A DNA stretch of 32,000 bases. Source: an uncultured Alphaproteobacteria bacterium. GTDB taxonomy: Bacteria > Pseudomonadota > Alphaproteobacteria > Rs-D84 > CACZYB01. Positions 27,239 to 32,000 of the stretch are shown piece after piece. Within the stretch, counting starts at the first letter, position 1, and each line of letters starts with the position of its first letter. Position numbers and translations under genes: made by a program. Under the pieces are notes generated by a model. The model was not told where the DNA came from, did not search any database, and worked only from the letters and a program-made list of their open reading frames with translations. The DNA is taken from contig CAKQHZ010000001.1 of the NCBI GenBank assembly GCA_934246625.1, forward strand, positions 60,001 through 92,000. Direction: 5' to 3'.

Positions 27239-27823
27239 TTATCTTGGCATTGCAGGATTTGCATATTCGAAATTTAAAAAGCCCAATGCAGTTAAGCAAT
27301 AACCAAAATTTTGTGTAATATTTAGGTAGTTGTGGAAGAATTGGAATTCGCTGTGCTTTTCAACACCACGTAATTCCAATTCGTGGTTTAATGACTTTGT
27401 AAGCCACATTTCAGCATGTGCTTTTGCGATGTCATCGTTGATGTATGTGTCAAAATATTCGACATATTCAGCGGCCCAACCACCGATGAAATTTCCTTGT
27501 TTATCCTTTCCCCAAACTATACCTATACCTGTTGCAATAGCTTTGTGTTCTTCGATTTTTGCACCATTTCCAGCAATAATAACTTCAAGAACTGCACCAT
27601 GTTTAAATTGGTCTTTTACTTGGTCAACATGAACAATATTATTAAAAAGTTCTGGTGGCAAAACTGATGTGTATGGTATCACATTGAAGTTTTCAATTTT
27701 TGCTTGTTGCAATGCACTATCATAACAAAAAGTTTCAAATGGTTGTGGTGGAATACCATCGTCTGCTTGACCTGCACCACCTGTGTAAAAAGCTAATGTT
27801 GGATAACGTGTTCCGACTGTCAT
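27239..27823 (-). CDS. aaxB: Pyruvoyl-dependent arginine decarboxylase (PdaD/AaxB family)
   Basis: 194 aa, very close to the ~195 aa of chlamydial AaxB. Counted residues Thr52-Ser53 lie in NVIPYT|SVLPPE, the position recalled for the AaxB self-cleavage site that generates the pyruvoyl group. Adjacent ArcD-type antiporter and porin. RBS AAAGGAG. Confidence 0.8.
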   Translation of the reverse strand: MTVGTRYPTLAFYTGGAGQADDGIPPQPFETFCYDSALQQAKIENFNVIPYTSVLPPELFNNIVHVDQVKDQFKHGAVLEVIIAGNGAKIEEHKAIATGIGIVWGKDKQGNFIGGWAAEYVEYFDTYINDDIAKAHAEMWLTKSLNHELELRGVEKHSEFQFFHNYLNITQNFGYCLTALGFLNFEYANPAMPR

Positions 27824-27867
27824 TTTTCATCTCCTTTTTTTATGTTTATATTTAATAGAATTTTATA

Positions 27868-27896
27868 ATTCTACAACTTTAACTAGAATAATTGAA
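27868..27896 (-). promoter_or_regulatory. Putative promoter of the decarboxylase operon, with -10 embedded in a palindrome
   Basis: Minus strand TTCAAT (27891-27896), a 17-nt spacer, then TAGAAT (27868-27873). The palindrome TAGAATT-TTAT-AATTCTA spans 27856-27873. Confidence 0.3.
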
Positions 27897-27942
27897 AAAC
27901 TAAACCTTAGCAATAATAATAAATTCCTTGGAAAATATCTCA

Positions 27943-27970
27943 TTGACAAAAGTGTTTTAAAGTATAGTAT
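27943..27970 (+). promoter_or_regulatory. Putative promoter of the 89-aa ORF
   Basis: TTGACA (27943-27948), a 16-nt spacer, then TAGTAT (27965-27970), followed by GGAGG and the ATG at 27998. Confidence 0.4.
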
Positions 27971-27997
27971 TTTATAAATATAAAAACGGAGGCATAA

Positions 27998-28267
27998 ATG
28001 CTTGAAGAAATAAAATATTATTTTTATAGTCAATATAATAAATATATAATTAAAATAAAAAACAAAGACGAAGCTATTGAATTTGCTTTTTATGATTTAA
28101 AAAATAAATATGGTGAAAATCTTGAATTAAAATTAATATTTTTAATTCCTGAATTAAGAGACTGGCTTAAAAAAAATCCAAAGGGAGAAAAATCTTTCTT
28201 CCACTTTGGAAAAGATAATAGTGAACTTTCACAAATAAATGCTGCTTTAACACAAAAATATATTTAG
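27998..28267 (+). CDS. Hypothetical small protein (89 aa)
   Basis: ORF with RBS ACGGAGG 6 nt before the ATG and its own promoter-like element. No motif recognised. Its 3' end overlaps the convergent U32 gene by 4 nt. Confidence 0.55.
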   Translation: MLEEIKYYFYSQYNKYIIKIKNKDEAIEFAFYDLKNKYGENLELKLIFLIPELRDWLKKNPKGEKSFFHFGKDNSELSQINAALTQKYI

Positions 28268-29637
28268 TTATATTTCTTTCTCATAATTGTATAAATTGGG
28301 AAAAGTTTCAATACTTCTTCTTTTGACATATCAAAGTCAGTAAATGGAAGAAGTATTCTTTTTGTGGCAACAGTTGCCTTTTCCAATTTTTCATTATTTT
28401 TCATATTTATAATATTTTTGACTGTATGATGATATACTTCAAATTTTGATGGTGGAAGCATTTCCAATACATCATTTACTTCAAATGAATTTTTTACATC
28501 AACAACAAGTCCGTCCGCAGTTGTATCAACTACTTGACCTGTAAATCTATAGTTTCCATCTGAACGAGTTGTTTCATAATTCATTGCATGATGAGTTAAA
28601 TGTCCATCAAAAAATCCATAAGTATAACCACGATTTTGCAATGTATTAAGCTCACTCATATAGGGTTCATAATTCCAACTTTCTGGATTTTCATAATATG
28701 ATTTCATGGCATTGCTGTATGCACGGGCTGTAATACCTGCATAATATTCTGACTTATTACGGCCTTCAACCTTAAGGGAATCTATACCAATAGATAAAAG
28801 TTTATCAAGTTTTGGCATTAAACATAAATCACGGGAGTTCATTATATATGCACCCTTATCATCTTCACAAACTTCCATAAATTCGCCCTTGCGTTCTGCC
28901 TCTTCCAAATAAAAATCAAAAAGTTTCATTGTATCTGAATTTATATCAATACCAAGTTTTTTTGCCTCTTGTTTTATTTCACCTGTTTCAAGCAATTCTT
29001 CACGAGGACGAACATACATTTTATAATTCCATCTGCAACAATGTGCACAGTTGCCTTGATTTGAGCTTCGTTCAGTTAAAAAATTTGAAATAAGGCAACG
29101 ACCTGAATAGCTCATACACATACTTCCATGAATAAAGGTTTCCAATCGCAAATCAGGAGCAACTCTTTCACGAATTTCTTTTAATTCTTCGTAGGAAACT
29201 TCACGACCAAGGACACAAAGTTTTGCACCTATATCATACCAAAACATTGCTGTTTCAAATGAACATACATTTGCTTGGGTTGAAACGTGAAGTGGAATTT
29301 CTGGAATTTCATTTCTCATATATCTAAAAACACCAGCATCTGCAATAATAACACCATCTGGTTTTAAATTTTTAAGTGTTTTTGCAAATGCAGGAAGTCT
29401 ATCTATATCCTTATTATGTGTATAAAGATTTACTGCAAGATAAATTTTTTTGCCAATAGAATGTGCATATTTAATACATTCTTCCATTTCATCAAGTGAA
29501 ACTTTTGCCTTTACACGAAGACTCATATCAGGAGTGCCAGCATATACAACATCTGCCCCATAAAGGAACGCTGTTTTAATTCTGTTATATGAACCTCCTG
29601 GGATTAAAAGTTCGGACTTTTTGTTTATTTTTGACAT
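28264..29637 (-). CDS. Peptidase U32-family protein (YegQ/TrhP-like; family now linked to RNA hydroxylation and O2-independent hydroxylases)
   Basis: 457 aa. N-terminal ELLIPGGSYNRIKTAFLYGADVVYAG, central LHVSTQANV and ETFIHGSMCMSYSGRCLISNF...GNCAHCCRW (Cys cluster) are U32 hallmarks. Confidence 0.88.
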   Translation of the reverse strand: MSKINKKSELLIPGGSYNRIKTAFLYGADVVYAGTPDMSLRVKAKVSLDEMEECIKYAHSIGKKIYLAVNLYTHNKDIDRLPAFAKTLKNLKPDGVIIADAGVFRYMRNEIPEIPLHVSTQANVCSFETAMFWYDIGAKLCVLGREVSYEELKEIRERVAPDLRLETFIHGSMCMSYSGRCLISNFLTERSSNQGNCAHCCRWNYKMYVRPREELLETGEIKQEAKKLGIDINSDTMKLFDFYLEEAERKGEFMEVCEDDKGAYIMNSRDLCLMPKLDKLLSIGIDSLKVEGRNKSEYYAGITARAYSNAMKSYYENPESWNYEPYMSELNTLQNRGYTYGFFDGHLTHHAMNYETTRSDGNYRFTGQVVDTTADGLVVDVKNSFEVNDVLEMLPPSKFEVYHHTVKNIINMKNNEKLEKATVATKRILLPFTDFDMSKEEVLKLFPIYTIMRKKYN

Positions 29638-29778
29638 AATTCACCTCTAATTTTTTTATTTTATTCTATCAAAACATATTTTAAGTCAAAAGTAAAATAA
29701 ATTTTAAAATATGCTTGCAAGCCTTAGTTTTATGTTATAAATTATTTTTGCTATCGTTAATAAAAAAAGGAGTTAAAA

Positions 29779-30048
29779 ATGTATTCTAATTTTAGAGCTT
29801 TATTACTTAATGCAATTCCAGGAAGTTGTTTTTCTGATTTCATTTATTTAGGTATGCTTGTATTTATAATTGCAGGTTTCTTTTCAAACAAAAAATGGGG
29901 TCCATTTATTACAACTGTTATCTTTGCATTTGTATTTAAGGGTCTTGATTTATTATTCTTAAGACAAGCAAGCGGTCTTGTTATTGAACAATTCTTACAT
30001 ATTGTTTTACTTCCTTTAGTAATTTCATTTTTGTATGCAAGAAGATAA
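29779..30048 (+). CDS. Small hypothetical membrane protein (89 aa, about 3 TM segments)
   Basis: RBS AAAGGAG 7 nt upstream of the ATG. Hydrophobic segments DFIYLGMLVFIIAGFF, GPFITTVIFAFVF and FLHIVLLPLVISFLY. Followed by a hairpin terminator. Confidence 0.6.
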   Translation: MYSNFRALLLNAIPGSCFSDFIYLGMLVFIIAGFFSNKKWGPFITTVIFAFVFKGLDLLFLRQASGLVIEQFLHIVLLPLVISFLYARR

Positions 30049-30064
30049 TTTTAAAATAAACAAT

Positions 30065-30103
30065 ATGGCAATTTAAGTTTTTTAAGTTGCCATTTTACTT
30101 TTT
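30065..30103 (+). terminator. Hairpin terminator after the small membrane protein gene
   Basis: ATGGCAATTTAA / TTAAGTTGCCAT, a 12-bp stem with one G-T wobble and loop GTTTT (30065-30093), followed by TTTACTTTTT. Confidence 0.45.
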
Positions 30104-30106
30104 ATA

Positions 30107-32000
30107 ATGAGAAGATTTTTTTTCAAATTTTTTAATAATTTTTGTATTGTCATAACATTTATGTTTATGGCTGAAAATTCTTCTTTTGCAAAATTACCAA
30201 CTGTTATTTATGACAGCGATGTTAAAAATTATAAAAAGATTTTAGAACTTCAAGAAAAGGGACGTTGGAAGGACGCCGATAAGGTTATAAAGGATATTAA
30301 AAACGATACTCTTATGGGATATGTTTTGTATCAAAGATATATGAGTCCTTACTATAAAACTCCATTTAACGAAGTAAAAGAATGGTTAAATAAATATTCT
30401 GATTATCCAAATGCTATTGATATTTACAATCTTGGTCTTAAAAAGGGTGCAAAAAAGGAGCTTAAACGACCTTTGCGTGAAGCATGGCGAACACAATATT
30501 TCAATGATGATTATAAAAACTCCTATCAAATGATTCAAAACTCATATAAGAAGCTTCCTAAAAAAAATAAAGATGAAGTCGCATATATGATAAAGATTTT
30601 TAACCGCCGATTAAAACAAGGTTATACAAAAAATGCACGTCAAATTTTGGAAAATCCTCATGCTGTAAAATTTTTTGCACGAAAAGATTATTTGCGAATG
30701 GAGGCTTATCTTGCATTTACTTACTTTTTAAATGGTGAAGATGATATGGCTATTCTTTGGGCAAGAGAACCTGCTGAAGAAATAAATTTTTATCTGGCGA
30801 ATTGGACTTTGGGATTGGTTTATTGGCGTCAGGGAGATTATGTAAAATCCCGTGATTATTTTAAAAATATTGCATTCACAAAGCAAATACCTGCTGAAAA
30901 TTTATCGGCGGGAGCATATTGGGCATGGCGTGCAAATGAACGAATTGAAAATGACGATGACAAAGATGATGGTGAATTATTTTTGGAAACCGCAAGTAAT
31001 TATCCAAAAACTTTTTATGGAATACTTGCAAATAAAAAGTTAAACAAAAAACTTGAAATAAATTGGGAAGAACCTACCCTAACACTTCAAAATGCACGTG
31101 AAATAATTTCATGGCAAGGTGGTGTTCGTGCACTTGCCCTTTTACAAATGGATATGAAAGAAGAAGCAGGCAAGGAATTAAAATTCCTTATCCATACAGC
31201 AAGTGATGACTTTTCAAATGAACTTATTAACGCGGTGCTTGCAATTTCTGAAACTGCAAATATGCCTCAACTTTCAATGAACATTGCAAATTATAAAAAG
31301 GAGTATGCTGATTATACTACATTTGCAAGTTGCACTTATCCAACTATTGATATTGAACTTAAAGACGGATGGCAAGTTGATAAGGCTTTGGTCAATGCAT
31401 TGATACGACAGGAATCTCGTTTTAATCCAAAGGCAAAATCTGCTGTGGGAGCAAGAGGTTTAATGCAAATTATGCCTGCAACTGCATCTTTTATTACTCG
31501 TGATTTATCATTAAGGAAAAAGCAAAAATCAAAACTTTATGAAGAAGAATTAAATTTGAAAATCGGACAAATGTATATTGAACATTTGCTTGCTTTTACA
31601 AATATAAATGGAAACTTGTTTAAATTCCTTCTTGCATACAATGCTGGCCCTGGAAATCTTAAACGCCAAGAAGAAAGAATTATAAATCCAAACAATGACC
31701 CATTGTTTTTTATAGAAGCAATTAACCTTAAAGAATCTCGAATTTATATTGAACGAGTTATGGCAAACTTTTGGATTTATCGAAACAAACTTAACCAAGA
31801 ATCTGAGTCTTTGGAAGCTGTTGTAAATGATGAGTGGCCTTTGTATATAAGCAAAGGGGATATTCCTGTAAATAATTACACAGAGGAAGATATTGAATAC
31901 CTTGAAGAATATCTTGAGAAAACAGAAAAACAAACTGAAGAAGAAAACAAATTAGATGAAAAGGAACAGGATGAAGCTGAAAAAGATGGTAAATTGAATC
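30107..32000 (+). CDS. slt: Soluble lytic murein transglycosylase (Slt70-like), partial; C-terminus beyond window end
   Basis: Hand translation from ATG 30107 gives signal peptide MRRFFFKFFNNFCIVITFMFMAENSSFA. A long helical superhelix-type N-domain follows, then the SLT catalytic domain LIRQESRFNPKAKSAVGARGLMQIMPATA...LAYNAGPGN. The frame stays open to base 32000. Not in the track because no stop codon falls in the window. Confidence 0.9.
   Translation, partial: MRRFFFKFFNNFCIVITFMFMAENSSFAKLPTVIYDSDVKNYKKILELQEKGRWKDADKVIKDIKNDTLMGYVLYQRYMSPYYKTPFNEVKEWLNKYSDYPNAIDIYNLGLKKGAKKELKRPLREAWRTQYFNDDYKNSYQMIQNSYKKLPKKNKDEVAYMIKIFNRRLKQGYTKNARQILENPHAVKFFARKDYLRMEAYLAFTYFLNGEDDMAILWAREPAEEINFYLANWTLGLVYWRQGDYVKSRDYFKNIAFTKQIPAENLSAGAYWAWRANERIENDDDKDDGELFLETASNYPKTFYGILANKKLNKKLEINWEEPTLTLQNAREIISWQGGVRALALLQMDMKEEAGKELKFLIHTASDDFSNELINAVLAISETANMPQLSMNIANYKKEYADYTTFASCTYPTIDIELKDGWQVDKALVNALIRQESRFNPKAKSAVGARGLMQIMPATASFITRDLSLRKKQKSKLYEEELNLKIGQMYIEHLLAFTNINGNLFKFLLAYNAGPGNLKRQEERIINPNNDPLFFIEAINLKESRIYIERVMANFWIYRNKLNQESESLEAVVNDEWPLYISKGDIPVNNYTEEDIEYLEEYLEKTEKQTEEENKLDEKEQDEAEKDGKLN

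Noticed and set aside
30852-31933. ORFs 30852-31043(+) and 31550-31933(-) from the track.
   Set aside because: Both fall inside the long open frame encoding the Slt-type lytic transglycosylase, whose catalytic motif is in the 30107 frame. One is out of frame and the other is antisense.

Overview
Strongly AT-rich bacterial chromosomal window with compact gene packing and no transposase, integrase, CRISPR array or rRNA. Bases 1-14535 form one uninterrupted minus-strand translation-apparatus cluster: rpsL-rpsG-fusA, then rpsJ through rpsQ, then rplN through rplO, then secY and a partial adk. There is no tuf between fusA and rpsJ, and rpoBC is not upstream of rpsL. Bases 14.7-19.4 kb carry housekeeping genes (birA, lepA, nusB, an alphaproteobacterial-type sspB) mixed with small lysine-rich ORFs of unknown function; two of these are translationally coupled to lepA. 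Bases 19.4-32 kb look accessory or envelope-related. They contain a CaCA Na+/Ca2+ exchanger and a TPR + beta-barrel outer-membrane protein of DUF560/Slam (type 11 secretion) architecture with no obvious cargo gene. Next to a tRNA-CAT is a small islet with a promoter-driven 54-aa ORF, an HTH-only cI/LexA-like regulator, an HExxH protein and an orphan promoter-terminator unit. This is followed by a four-gene minus-strand operon: pyruvoyl-dependent arginine decarboxylase, ArcD/APA-family antiporter, OprB-family porin and peroxiredoxin. The first three have the same composition as the chlamydial AaxABC acid-resistance system, in a different order. The window ends with a U32-family protein, a small membrane protein and a partial Slt-type lytic transglycosylase. 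The secY-adk junction and the SspB type suggest an alphaproteobacterium, but that is inference only. All functional calls rest on motif and architecture recognition by eye; no database search was run.
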